Shown here: positions 18,333 through 27,121 of the stretch, piece by piece
Position numbering within the stretch: position 1 is the stretch's first letter
How the letters are laid out: each line of letters starts with the position of its first letter
Assembly: GCF_000009705.1 (NCBI RefSeq)
Contig: NC_003272.1
Coordinates: 2,820,001-2,852,000 of the forward strand
Source: Nostoc sp. PCC 7120 = FACHB-418
Lineage (GTDB): Bacteria; Cyanobacteriota; Cyanobacteriia; Cyanobacteriales; Nostocaceae
Length of the DNA stretch: 32,000 nucleotides
Direction of reading: 5' to 3'
Notes under the pieces: generated by a model
Told to the model about the DNA's origin: nothing
Databases searched by the model: none
What the model saw: only the letters and a program-made list of their open reading frames with translations
Position numbers and translations under genes: made by a program

Positions 18333-19127
18333 TTACATCGATTCAAGACGGCGGCGTAACTGGCTGCTGAAACCATCAATTACTGTCACAACTACCAACA
18401 GTACCAGCATCATAGTTGTGGCTTTATTGTACTCAAATCCATCAATGTAACTTTTCAACTGAAAGCCAATCCCACCTGCACCCACGACACCCAAGACAGA
18501 AGCGGCGCGGATGTTGTATTCAAACATCCATAAGGTATAACCCAAACTCAGAGGCAACACTTGGGGTAAAATTCCATACTGAGCAATTTGGAATCGAGAT
18601 GCGCCTATAACTTGCAGAGATTCTAAAGAACGGGGCTGGACTGCTTCGATCGCCTGCTGATAAAATTTTGCTAAATAGCCGATAGTGTATATACTCAAAG
18701 CGAGTGTGCCTGCGGGTGCGCCTAAGCCTGTGGCAGCAACAAAAATTAGCCCCAGAATAATTGAAGGGACAGAACGCACCGCATTTTGCAGCAGATTTGC
18801 CAGCCATTGCAGCCAACTAGGCGCAACATTACTAGCGCTAGCGACGGCGATCGGCACTGAGATAATAGCACCGATGGTTGTCCCCCAAAGCGACATCTGT
18901 ACGGTTTCTATCAGTGCCTTAACAGCAATATCAATAACTCTGAAGTCAGGAGGAAATAACCGGGAGATGAAATCAGTAATGTAAGGGGCGCTGGATGTCA
19001 AGAGGGCAAAATCAACTTTTAGTCCTTGCAAAGCCCAAGTGTAAATTAGAAAAGCAATTAATAAGATAATTAGGGATCTGACCCAAGAGTAGCGCCGTAG
19101 GAGTTTGGAAAGTGGTAAATAACTCAT
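18333..19127 (-). CDS. phnE: Phosphonate/phosphite ABC transporter permease
   Basis: 264-aa polytopic membrane protein with PhnE-type organisation, last gene of the phnD-phnC-phnE string. Confidence 0.85.
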   Translation of the reverse strand: MSYLPLSKLLRRYSWVRSLIILLIAFLIYTWALQGLKVDFALLTSSAPYITDFISRLFPPDFRVIDIAVKALIETVQMSLWGTTIGAIISVPIAVASASNVAPSWLQWLANLLQNAVRSVPSIILGLIFVAATGLGAPAGTLALSIYTIGYLAKFYQQAIEAVQPRSLESLQVIGASRFQIAQYGILPQVLPLSLGYTLWMFEYNIRAASVLGVVGAGGIGFQLKSYIDGFEYNKATTMMLVLLVVVTVIDGFSSQLRRRLESM

Positions 19128-19139
19128 ATAGTTAAGAGA

Positions 19140-19160
19140 CAGGGGGCAGGGGGCAGAGGG
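19140..19160. repeat. Heptamer array CAGGGGG CAGGGGG CAGAGGG between phnC and phnE
   Basis: Read directly. Confidence 0.8.
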
Positions 19161-19173
19161 ACAAAGAAAAGAA

Positions 19174-19908
19174 CTATTGATTATTTACCACAAACTGGGC
19201 TTGCAGGTTATCACAGGAACCCTCATAAACAATGCGTCCGGCATCTAGAATGATCGCTCGTTGGGCATATCTGGCAGCTATTCCCAAATCATGCAGAACT
19301 GCGATAACTGTCATACCTTGCTGGGCGTGTAATTCGGCTAAAGTCTCCATTACTTGTTGGGTGGCGATGACATCTAATCCCGTTGTGGGTTCATCGGCTA
19401 GGAGTATTTGCGGTGATTGAATTAAAGCACGAGCGATCGCTACCCTTTGTTGCTGTCCACCACTGAGTTTGCTAGTTTTTTGGTAAGCTAACTCTCTTAA
19501 ACCCAACTGTTCGAGTAATTCTAATGCCAATAGGCGATCGCGTTTCGGAAAGCCAAATAATGTCTGCCAAGTTGTTCTTGTACCCAGCCTACCGCACAAT
19601 ACATTTTCAATGGCTGATAACTGGGGAATCAAACCACCGCCTTGAAACAACATTCCTACATCACGGCGAATTTGGGGGAGTATGCGGCTATTCATCGCTA
19701 CGCCGTTGATGTGGACTTCTCCTCTGACTAATGGTACTAACCCAACAAGCGATCGCAATAACGTAGACTTACCGGCTCCATTGAGTCCTAGCAGTACAAC
19801 AAATTCACCCTGTTTGATGTGGCAACTAATCTCGTTGAGGATGGGGCGATTCAAAGAGCCAACATAAGCTGTCTCTAAGTTGTGACATTCAATTACGTAA
19901 TCACTCAT
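19174..19908 (-). CDS. phnC: Phosphonate/phosphite ABC transporter ATP-binding protein
   Basis: Walker A GLNGAGKST, signature LSGGQQQRV, Walker B ILLADEP. 244 aa. Confidence 0.88.
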   Translation of the reverse strand: MSDYVIECHNLETAYVGSLNRPILNEISCHIKQGEFVVLLGLNGAGKSTLLRSLVGLVPLVRGEVHINGVAMNSRILPQIRRDVGMLFQGGGLIPQLSAIENVLCGRLGTRTTWQTLFGFPKRDRLLALELLEQLGLRELAYQKTSKLSGGQQQRVAIARALIQSPQILLADEPTTGLDVIATQQVMETLAELHAQQGMTVIAVLHDLGIAARYAQRAIILDAGRIVYEGSCDNLQAQFVVNNQ

Positions 19909-19949
19909 CCTCTGCCTCGGTCAATTTCATCAATTTACGGGTATAAAAG

Positions 19950-19999
19950 TTAAGAGTTAGGAGTGCTGGAATTAAAAACTCAGTACTCATAACTCTTAA
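19950..19999 (-). other. Intercistronic stem-loop between phnD and phnC
   Basis: TTAAGAGTTA (19950-19959) pairs perfectly with TAACTCTTAA (19990-19999). An inner GAGTGCTG/CAGTACTC extension has one G-U pair. Confidence 0.55.
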
Positions 20000-20037
20000 T
20001 GGGCTGAACGCCCTGCTAACACTTACAGCACTAAATT

Positions 20038-21012
20038 TTATGGTTCGATGCCAACGCGTTTAAGAGCATCACGAACTGGTGCTAGGTGACGACTGTGATC
20101 TACTCTCACTAATTCAGTGGAGTTGTACAAGTTACGTAGCAGAGGGTTATTTTGTGACTGATTTAACTTGAGTAGCGAATTAATAATTCTTTCTCTATCG
20201 GGTGCAGCTACGTCATCATCAATAGCTATACCGTGGGCGGGTACACCAGAAATTTTATGCAGTACTCGCAACTGATTTTTTTCTTCTGCTGTAATGTACG
20301 GTGGAGACATGGCATATTCAGAGACAACAGCCACATCCGCTTGACCGCGCACTACGGCTTGTAAGGCTTTGCTGTAGTTACCACCATAAGCAACTTGACC
20401 AAAGAAACCATCAAGGCGATCGCGGTCAGGGACGAACCCCTGTTTAACTAATTCACTAACTGGGAAAATAAATCCTGAACCTGAGGTGGGAGAAGTAAAT
20501 GCCATTTTTTTGCCCCGTAGCTGTTCTAGGGTGGCTTTGGCATTATTTCTGGATTTCAATGGGCTATTGTTGCGGACAACAAATATGGAATTATAAGTGA
20601 ATCTGCCAGAATAGCTATCACGTACTTCTGCTAGATACAAACGAGCATTTGCTAATTGTTCAGCTTTCAACGCTGGACGACTGCTCAAAAAAGCCACATC
20701 AGCCCGATTAGCTCTCAACGCTTCCACTGCCGCAGTATCATCACCTATCTGTGCTTTGACAGGAATACCCAAATCTTTTGATAAAAAAGCTGCTACAGCA
20801 TCTGCCTTAGATTGCAAATCTGTGGAATCAGAACGACTGGGAAAAATTACTGTTAAAGTCTTCAGTTTTTGGGCAAGTAAGCGCGGCGCTTGTTGATTAG
20901 AAATAGAATTAGCAGTTGTCGCTTGGATACTACTAACGGTAGTAACTGCTACACCCATTAGCGCCATCAATGCCGCGCCAGCACCTAACAAGCCTTTTTG
21001 GCCTACACTCAT
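20038..21012 (-). CDS. phnD: Phosphate/phosphite/phosphonate ABC transporter substrate-binding protein
   Basis: Signal-peptide-like N-terminus and a PhnD-like body (..FTSPTSGSGFIFP..). ATG at 21012 lies 8 nt after GGAG. The GTG at 21018 is an alternative start. Confidence 0.85.
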   Translation of the reverse strand: MSVGQKGLLGAGAALMALMGVAVTTVSSIQATTANSISNQQAPRLLAQKLKTLTVIFPSRSDSTDLQSKADAVAAFLSKDLGIPVKAQIGDDTAAVEALRANRADVAFLSSRPALKAEQLANARLYLAEVRDSYSGRFTYNSIFVVRNNSPLKSRNNAKATLEQLRGKKMAFTSPTSGSGFIFPVSELVKQGFVPDRDRLDGFFGQVAYGGNYSKALQAVVRGQADVAVVSEYAMSPPYITAEEKNQLRVLHKISGVPAHGIAIDDDVAAPDRERIINSLLKLNQSQNNPLLRNLYNSTELVRVDHSRHLAPVRDALKRVGIEP

Positions 21013-21442
21013 TTGCACATCTCCATCAAGAACTATTTGCAGTATTTTTGCAAATTAATTTCAACTGTCCCGATAAAAGAATCTAGAGCTTTTAACAACA
21101 AAAGTCAATAGTGAAATGTATAAAAACTAGTTAAAGGAAGTAGCATTTTCCCGTCAGGTTGTTGACAGCATACATAAAAAATTTTCAGCTACTAGCATAT
21201 TTACTTACATAGTGATGAGACACTGCTTTATGGAAAAGCACCTCAAATAAATTTTCTCACTAGAGAATAAATATTGCTGCTTTCAGTAGATAAAATACTT
21301 ATTCTGTTAGTGTAATTATGACCTTAGTCATATACAAAGACTGTTGCAGTTGTCTACAATAAAACTAGGAAAACCAACGACATCTGTAACAGCAATGAGC
21401 ATAAGTATGCTCTAATTGTGGATGTTTTGAGAAGGGAAAATT

Positions 21443-21850
21443 ATGAAACTAGTTCTAAAACGCACACTTCTCCCCAGCCTTATGGCTGCAAGTTTAGCAG
21501 GTATTACCTTGGTTCCTTTACAACCTGCTGCTGCTGATAACCGAGTAGTAGAAGATGCAGCTATTGGAGCCGGGGCTGGGATCTTAACTGGAGTATTCAC
21601 CAGATGTGGTTCAGTGTTAGATAATGCTGCTAAGGGTGCGGCGGCTGGCGCTGCTGTTAATGGTGCAAATGGGTTGAGAAGAAATACCAGAAACCGTAGT
21701 GTGGTACAAGACGTAGCTGTAGGTGGTGGTGCTGGTGTATTAACTGGCGCGATTACCGGTGGTTGCAGAAGACCTCTTAACAACGTTATCAATGGCGCGG
21801 GTGCAGGCGCAGCAGTCAATATCTGGCGTAATAACCAGCGAAGAAGATAA
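21443..21850 (+). CDS. Secreted Gly/Ala-rich glycine-zipper-type protein with internal duplication (135 aa)
   Basis: Signal peptide MKLVLKRTLLPSLMAASLAGITLVPLQPAAA. Two repeats VVEDAAIGAGAGILTGVFT / VVQDVAVGGGAGVLTGAIT. A strong terminator follows. Confidence 0.7.
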   Translation: MKLVLKRTLLPSLMAASLAGITLVPLQPAAADNRVVEDAAIGAGAGILTGVFTRCGSVLDNAAKGAAAGAAVNGANGLRRNTRNRSVVQDVAVGGGAGVLTGAITGGCRRPLNNVINGAGAGAAVNIWRNNQRRR

Positions 21851-21920
21851 AACCAATTCGCAATAAAGTTAAAGATAATGGGTAATAGACGCTCTTACCA
21901 ATTACCTATTACTTATTAAT

Positions 21921-21950
21921 AAAAACCCATCCCTTGGTGGATGGGTTTTT
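21921..21950 (+). terminator. Rho-independent terminator
   Basis: AAAAACCCATCC-cttggt-GGATGGGTTTTT. The stem is flanked by an A-run and a T-run, so it could act in both directions. Confidence 0.85.
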
Positions 21951-22014
21951 CGTGATAAAAATACGATGGTTGCCGACCAATCGCCAGTAATTACCTTCCA
22001 TAGCTGTAGACTGC

Positions 22015-22042
22015 CAACAGTCAACAATCAACAGTCAACAGC
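22015..22042. repeat. STRR heptamer array CAACAGT CAACAAT CAACAGT CAACAGC
   Basis: Read directly. The unit matches the CAACAGT STRR class described for Anabaena/Calothrix. Confidence 0.85.
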
Positions 22043-22075
22043 TATAAATTTAAGTTTCTTAATTGAAAAGTATTT

Positions 22076-22273
22076 CTAACCCTTCAATGCCTTCCTAAAA
22101 TTACGCCGATAAGAACCATTGGCAACAAATAAAGCTGGCCAAAGCAATGCTAAACCTATCTTATTGGGCAAAGATTGGGTGAAATTTGTTCTTGAGAAAC
22201 CATTCCAAAACTTCCACACACCACCTATATAAATCACAATTAAGCCGAAAATAATTAATTTTCCCATTACCAT
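22076..22273 (-). CDS. Small two-TM membrane protein of unknown function (about 65 aa)
   Basis: ORF with hydrophobic segments KLIIFGLIVIYIGGVW and IGLALLWPALFVA. ATG at 22273. Confidence 0.45.
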   Translation of the reverse strand: MVMGKLIIFGLIVIYIGGVWKFWNGFSRTNFTQSLPNKIGLALLWPALFVANGSYRRNFRKALKG

Positions 22274-22641
22274 CAACTCCGTTAATCAATGAAGTAATTC
22301 GAGATAAATATTTCCGCAGTATGTAAGCGATAAATTATCCACATTAATCCCAGTATGACTCAACTTTCCACAGATGGTTTATGCAAGTGTATCTGTCCTA
22401 GTATTTTTTTAAATTAGTGTTGTTTCATGATACATTCTCTCATGAGGTTATAGATTTTACCCCTATTTCTCAATTAACTCATAAGAACATCTATTGTCAG
22501 GATAGAACAATATTATGAGTAAAATAAACTGCCTCATCAAAGCGGAACAAAGCAAACTTTATTTCTATATTACTTTTTCCTTCCACTTGGTTGCTTCTTC
22601 AGTTTTTGGTAGCTAGCATAAATAAACTGATTCAGTCCAGA

Positions 22642-22755
22642 CCCCCGTAAAACATAAGCACTTGTGGCAATGGCATTTCGACCGACCGGAGGTGATTGCC
22701 AAAACAGCATAATAAGTACTTTTGCTTATTTACTGTCAGATGCTTCTTACGGGGG
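22642..22755 (+). promoter_or_regulatory. Candidate structured RNA leader upstream of the 842-aa gene
   Basis: CCCCCGTAA (22642-22650) pairs with TTACGGGGG (22747-22755), extended by AAGCA/TGCTT. An inner stem TGGCAAT (22665-22671) pairs with ATTGCCA (22695-22701). ATAAGCA (22654-22660) can alternatively pair with TGCTTAT (22723-22729). Confidence 0.3.
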
Positions 22756-22853
22756 TGTTTCAAATATCAGTATCCATAGGAAACTAGATAAAAACACAAT
22801 ATACTCTCACGGGTTTAAACGCAGCTAACGCTGCAAAAAGTTAAGGAGGATTT

Positions 22854-25382
22854 ATGCGTGCAGTGCTGATGGCAGGCGGTTCCGGAACGCGACTTCGCCC
22901 GTTAACTTGTGATCTACCAAAACCAATGGTACCGATCCTCAATCGCCCAATTGCCGAACATATCATTAATCTCCTCAAGAGACATCACATTACAGAAGTT
23001 ATTGCCACCTTGCATTATCTACCTGATGTCTTGCGAGACTATTTTCAAGATGGCGGTGATTTTGGTGTGCAGATGACCTACGCCGTCGAAGAAGACCAGC
23101 CTCTGGGAACAGCAGGTTGCGTGAAAAACATTGCCGAACTTCTGGATGAAACTTTTTTAGTAATTAGCGGTGATAGCATCACAGATTTTGATTTAGGAGA
23201 AGCGATCGCTTTTCACAAACAAAAACAGTCAAAAGCTACTCTAATTTTAACAAGGGTTCCTAACCCTATAGAATTTGGTGTCGTAATCACCGATGAAGCA
23301 GGCAAAATTAAACGCTTTTTAGAAAAACCATCTACCAGCGAAATTTTTTCTGATACCGTTAATACTGGAACATACATTCTGGAACCAGAAGTTTTAGAAT
23401 ATCTCCCATCCAATACAGAATGTGACTTTTCTAAAGATTTATTTCCTCTGCTGCTGGCCAAAGACGAGCCAATGTATGGTTACGTTGCCGAAGGTTACTG
23501 GTGCGATGTCGGACACTTAGATGCTTATCGGGAAGCTCAGTATGATGGTTTAGATCGTAAGGTAAAACTAGATTTTGCTTACAGGGAAAATTCTCCTGGC
23601 TTGTGGATAGGACAAAATACTTATATTGACCCCTCTGCACATATAGAAGCCCCAGCCGTGATAGGTAACAATTGCCGTATCGGTGCGAGAGTACAAATTG
23701 AGGCTGGAACTGTGATTGGGGATAATGTCACCATTGGTGCTGATGCCAATCTCAAGCGTCCGATTGTGTGGAATGGGGCAATTATTGGGGAAGAAGCCCA
23801 GTTGAGTGCTTGTGTAATCTCTCGTGGAACCCGTGTAGACCGCCGCGCCCATGTGTTAGAAGCCTCTGTAGTGGGTTCTTTGTCCACGGTTGGGGAAGAA
23901 GCCCAGATTAGCCCCGGTGTCAGAGTTTGGCCTAGTAAAAAGATTGAATCAGGGGCAATTTTAAACATCAACTTGATTTGGGGTAACACCGCCCAACGAA
24001 ACTTATTTGGGCAACGTGGGGTACAAGGATTAGCAAATATCGATATCAGCCCAGAGTTTGCGGTGAAGTTAGGGGCTGCTTATGGTTCTACTTTAAAACC
24101 TGGTGCAAAAGTAACTGTGTCCCGTGACCAACGCAATGTTTCCCGCATGGTGACGCGATCGCTCATTGCAGGTTTAATGTCTGTAGGTGTCGATATTCAA
24201 AACCTCGATGCAACAGCCATCCCCATCGCCCGGACAGTTATACCCACAATGGGAGTTGCGGGAGGGATTCATGTACGAGTACACCCCGATCGCGCCGACT
24301 ATATCCTGATAGAATTCATGGATCATAAGGGGATTAATATCTCCAAAGCCCAAGAAAAGAAAATTGAAGGGGCTTATTTCAAGGAAGATATGCGCCGGGC
24401 TTTAACTCATGAAATTGGTGATGTGGCTTACCCCAGCCAAGTTATTGACCTTTACTGCACAGCTTTTGAGAAACTGTTGAATGTTTCTACCCTCAACAAC
24501 AGCCGGGCAAAAGTCGTAATTGACTATGTTTATGCTGTATCTGGGGCTGTTTTACCCCAAATGCTAGATAAATTTGGTGCTGACGCAGTGGTACTAAATG
24601 CCAGTCTGAATAAAAATGCTGTCACCACAACCGATAGGGAAACACTACTGACTCAGCTAGGTCATGTGGTGGAAGCGTTGAAGGCTAATTTCGGTGTCCA
24701 AGTCTCCGCTAACGGCGAACAGCTCATTTTAGTTGACGAATCAGGCTACCCCATTCGCGGCGAACTATTAACCGCACTGATGGTAGATATGATTTTGACT
24801 TCCAACCCCAGAGGGACGGTAGTTGTGCCGGTTCATGCTTCCAGTGCGGTGGAACAAGTCGCCCGTCGCCATGATGGTAGGATCATTCGCACCAAAGCCA
24901 ATGCGACAGCCTTGATGGAAGCTTGTCAGAAAAATCCCAATGTGGTGTTAGGTGGTAGCGGCGAAACTGGCTTTATCTTTCCCCAACTGCATCCGGGGTT
25001 TGACTCCATGTTCTGCATTGCCAAAATCATTGAAATGTTAACCATACAAGAGCGATCGCTGGCTACTGTACGATCAGAATTACCCCGTGTGATTTACAGA
25101 ACCCACACCATCCGTTGTCCCTGGTCGGCTAAAGGTGCATTGATGCGCTACTTAGTGGAAACTCACCCAGCCCAAAACCTCGAACTCATCGATGGGGTGA
25201 AGATTCGCCAACCCTTTGATGATAGTTGGTTGTTAGTTTTACCAGATGCTAGTGAACCATTAGTACATTTGTATGCGAACAGTCACGAGCGCGACTGGGT
25301 AGATGAGACGGTGAGGGATTACCGTTCCCGTGTGCAGAGTTTCGTAGAGAGACAGCAGGAATATCATCCGGCGGAAGTGTGA
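22854..25382 (+). CDS. Fusion protein: sugar-1-phosphate nucleotidyltransferase (mannose-1-P guanylyltransferase-like) + left-handed beta-helix + alpha-D-phosphohexomutase-like C-terminal module
   Basis: [11 protein letters not shown] nucleotidyltransferase signature. Hexapeptide repeats ([26 protein letters not shown]). C-terminal four-domain PGM/PMM-like region. Strong AAGGAGG Shine-Dalgarno. Confidence 0.9.
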   Translation: MRAVLMAGGSGTRLRPLTCDLPKPMVPILNRPIAEHIINLLKRHHITEVIATLHYLPDVLRDYFQDGGDFGVQMTYAVEEDQPLGTAGCVKNIAELLDETFLVISGDSITDFDLGEAIAFHKQKQSKATLILTRVPNPIEFGVVITDEAGKIKRFLEKPSTSEIFSDTVNTGTYILEPEVLEYLPSNTECDFSKDLFPLLLAKDEPMYGYVAEGYWCDVGHLDAYREAQYDGLDRKVKLDFAYRENSPGLWIGQNTYIDPSAHIEAPAVIGNNCRIGARVQIEAGTVIGDNVTIGADANLKRPIVWNGAIIGEEAQLSACVISRGTRVDRRAHVLEASVVGSLSTVGEEAQISPGVRVWPSKKIESGAILNINLIWGNTAQRNLFGQRGVQGLANIDISPEFAVKLGAAYGSTLKPGAKVTVSRDQRNVSRMVTRSLIAGLMSVGVDIQNLDATAIPIARTVIPTMGVAGGIHVRVHPDRADYILIEFMDHKGINISKAQEKKIEGAYFKEDMRRALTHEIGDVAYPSQVIDLYCTAFEKLLNVSTLNNSRAKVVIDYVYAVSGAVLPQMLDKFGADAVVLNASLNKNAVTTTDRETLLTQLGHVVEALKANFGVQVSANGEQLILVDESGYPIRGELLTALMVDMILTSNPRGTVVVPVHASSAVEQVARRHDGRIIRTKANATALMEACQKNPNVVLGGSGETGFIFPQLHPGFDSMFCIAKIIEMLTIQERSLATVRSELPRVIYRTHTIRCPWSAKGALMRYLVETHPAQNLELIDGVKIRQPFDDSWLLVLPDASEPLVHLYANSHERDWVDETVRDYRSRVQSFVERQQEYHPAEV

Positions 25383-25400
25383 ATAGTTGATAATATGGGC

Positions 25401-25465
25401 GGTAATGGGTAATAGCTAATTGGTAATTGATTTTTACCATTAGCCATTACCCGTTACTGATTGCC
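25401..25465. repeat. STRR-type inverted heptamer arms (GGTAATG GGTAATA GCTAATT GGTAATT / ACCATTA GCCATTA CCCGTTA C), a hairpin between the 842-aa gene and tRNA-Arg
   Basis: Read directly. Confidence 0.85.
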
Positions 25466-25520
25466 ATCCACACAGAATAAATTTGGTAATGTAGACAAAT
25501 AATTTAATTGATTTCAAAAA

Positions 25521-25593
25521 CGAGCGCGGAGGGATTTGAACCCCCGACCCACAGAACCGGAATCTGTTGCTCTATCCACTGAGCTACGCGCCC
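25521..25593 (-). tRNA. tRNA-Arg (anticodon CCG), 73 nt, CCA not encoded
   Basis: Folded by hand. Acceptor GGGCGCG/CGCGCTC, D-arm GCTC/GAGC, anticodon stem ACAGA/TCTGT with loop TTCCGGT, T-arm GGGGG-TTCAAAT-CCCTC, discriminator G. Confidence 0.93.
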
Positions 25594-25633
25594 TCGTACT
25601 GGCTAATTATATCATGCTCCAGAAGATTTTGGG

Positions 25634-26836
25634 CTAAAGATAATCTGCTGGGTTGACTGGTGTACCATTGCGACGAACTTCAAAATGCAGATGTGGCCCA
25701 GTAGATAAGCCTGTAGAACCAACAGAGGCGATCGCCTGTCCTCGTTGTACTGTTTGCCCCTCGGAAACATATAATTCACTGGCGTGTCCATACAGTGTTG
25801 TGATACCACCGCCGTGATTAATAATCACAGTTCTACCATAACCGCCATACCAACCAGCAAAAATCACTGTTCCCGAATCGGCTGCCCTGATTGTACTGCC
25901 ATAACTAGCGGCAAAATCTAACCCGGCGTGAAATCTGCGATAGCCGAGAATGGGGTGTACCCGCCAACCGAAGGGACTACTTGTAGGCGCATTGCTAGGA
26001 AAGGCAAATAGTCCTGTCCCCTTGATCAAGATATTTCTCCGGCTGTTGGTTTTTGCTTGCGCTGCTTCTCTGGCTTTAGCTTCGGCTACCTTTTGTTGGA
26101 TTAACCCTTCCAGGTTTTTAGAATCTTTCTCTAGTTGATTTTGTGCGGCTTCTAAGGCGAGGCGATCGCTACTTAAGCGTTGTATTAATTCTGACTGGGA
26201 TTGAGCTTGAGCTTGATAATCGGATTTTTGCCCCAATAGTTGCTCTCTAATTAGAGCAATTGCGTTTTTTTGCTCCTCTACTTCTGTTTTTTGTTGATTA
26301 ATCAAGTTGGCTTGAGTGCTGAGTTTCGCTAAAATTTGCTGGTCTGCCCGATAAACTAACTTCAACTGATGACGACGACTGAAAAAGTCACTGATATCTC
26401 TGCTTTGCAATAAAACAGCCCATCCTTGATTGAGAGGCGATCGCTGAAGATATCGCAATCGTGCTACCGTCGCAACTTGACGTTCTTCATAAGCACGTTC
26501 TGTAACAGCTAACTTTGCTTCTAGCTGCTGGAGGCGCTGGTTGGCTTGTTGTAATCGCAATTCACTATCTTTAATTTGACTGTTGGTGGTTTGCAAGTTA
26601 TTGGCAATACCAGTCAGGCGATTTTGCGCTGCTTTTTGTAGATTAGTGAGGCGATCGCGTTCTTGTACAACATTTTGCCTTTCTTGTTGAATTTGTTGCT
26701 GTTGCTGTTTTAGGGTATCAATGGAAGCTGAATTATTTGCAAATACTGGTAATAATACTAAAAACACGGACAAAACACAGCACAATACAATACATAATTT
26801 CCAAAATCTTCTTTGTTGGACAATTGGCGCTTTCAT
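25634..26836 (-). CDS. M23 family metallopeptidase with N-terminal TM/signal and long coiled coil (EnvC/NlpD-like murein hydrolase or activator)
   Basis: HAGLDF (HxxxD) and PHLHFEV (HxH) motifs in the C-terminal domain, and a Gln-rich coiled coil. ATG at 26836 is preferred over the TTG at 26854. Confidence 0.88.
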   Translation of the reverse strand: MKAPIVQQRRFWKLCIVLCCVLSVFLVLLPVFANNSASIDTLKQQQQQIQQERQNVVQERDRLTNLQKAAQNRLTGIANNLQTTNSQIKDSELRLQQANQRLQQLEAKLAVTERAYEERQVATVARLRYLQRSPLNQGWAVLLQSRDISDFFSRRHQLKLVYRADQQILAKLSTQANLINQQKTEVEEQKNAIALIREQLLGQKSDYQAQAQSQSELIQRLSSDRLALEAAQNQLEKDSKNLEGLIQQKVAEAKAREAAQAKTNSRRNILIKGTGLFAFPSNAPTSSPFGWRVHPILGYRRFHAGLDFAASYGSTIRAADSGTVIFAGWYGGYGRTVIINHGGGITTLYGHASELYVSEGQTVQRGQAIASVGSTGLSTGPHLHFEVRRNGTPVNPADYL

Positions 26837-27121
26837 GCCGTTATCTTCAGCCAAGGGATTGCAAGCATAAACAGCATTGTTCCCTAAACTTAGACAAATC
26901 TAACATTTAGTCATTATTCACCCTGTCTCTAGGTCTCAACAATGTATAAATTGTTTTTTACAGAGACACACACAAAAGAGAGCCATATACAACCAAGGTA
27001 TGAATTTATGTGGTTATTACCTTAGGGTCATGTTGGTACACAATAACGTAAGTAAAGATACTTGTGGACTCAGTAAAAAACTTCTTACCTGTCTGTACTA
27101 AGGTAAATCCCTCTTTTAATT

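Noticed and set aside
21019-21442. Search for a Pho-box array (PyTTAAPyPy(T/A) repeated every 11 bp) upstream of phnD
   Set aside because: Only one good unit (TTTAACTA on the minus strand) was found. The units at +11 and +22 do not match, so there is not enough for a call.
21412-21819. 135-aa Pro/Ala-rich minus-strand ORF
   Set aside because: A mirror frame of the Gly/Ala-rich plus-strand gene, which has the signal peptide, a Shine-Dalgarno and a terminator.
23213-23989. Several 69-122-aa minus-strand ORFs within the 842-aa gene
   Set aside because: They are nested in a strongly supported CDS with clear family motifs.
27048-27061. GTA-N8-TAC (NtcA-type) site 61 nt upstream of the MFS transporter ATG
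   Set aside because: The bare consensus is expected about 8 times by chance in 32 kb. No TAN3T -10 box sits at the required ~22-nt distance.
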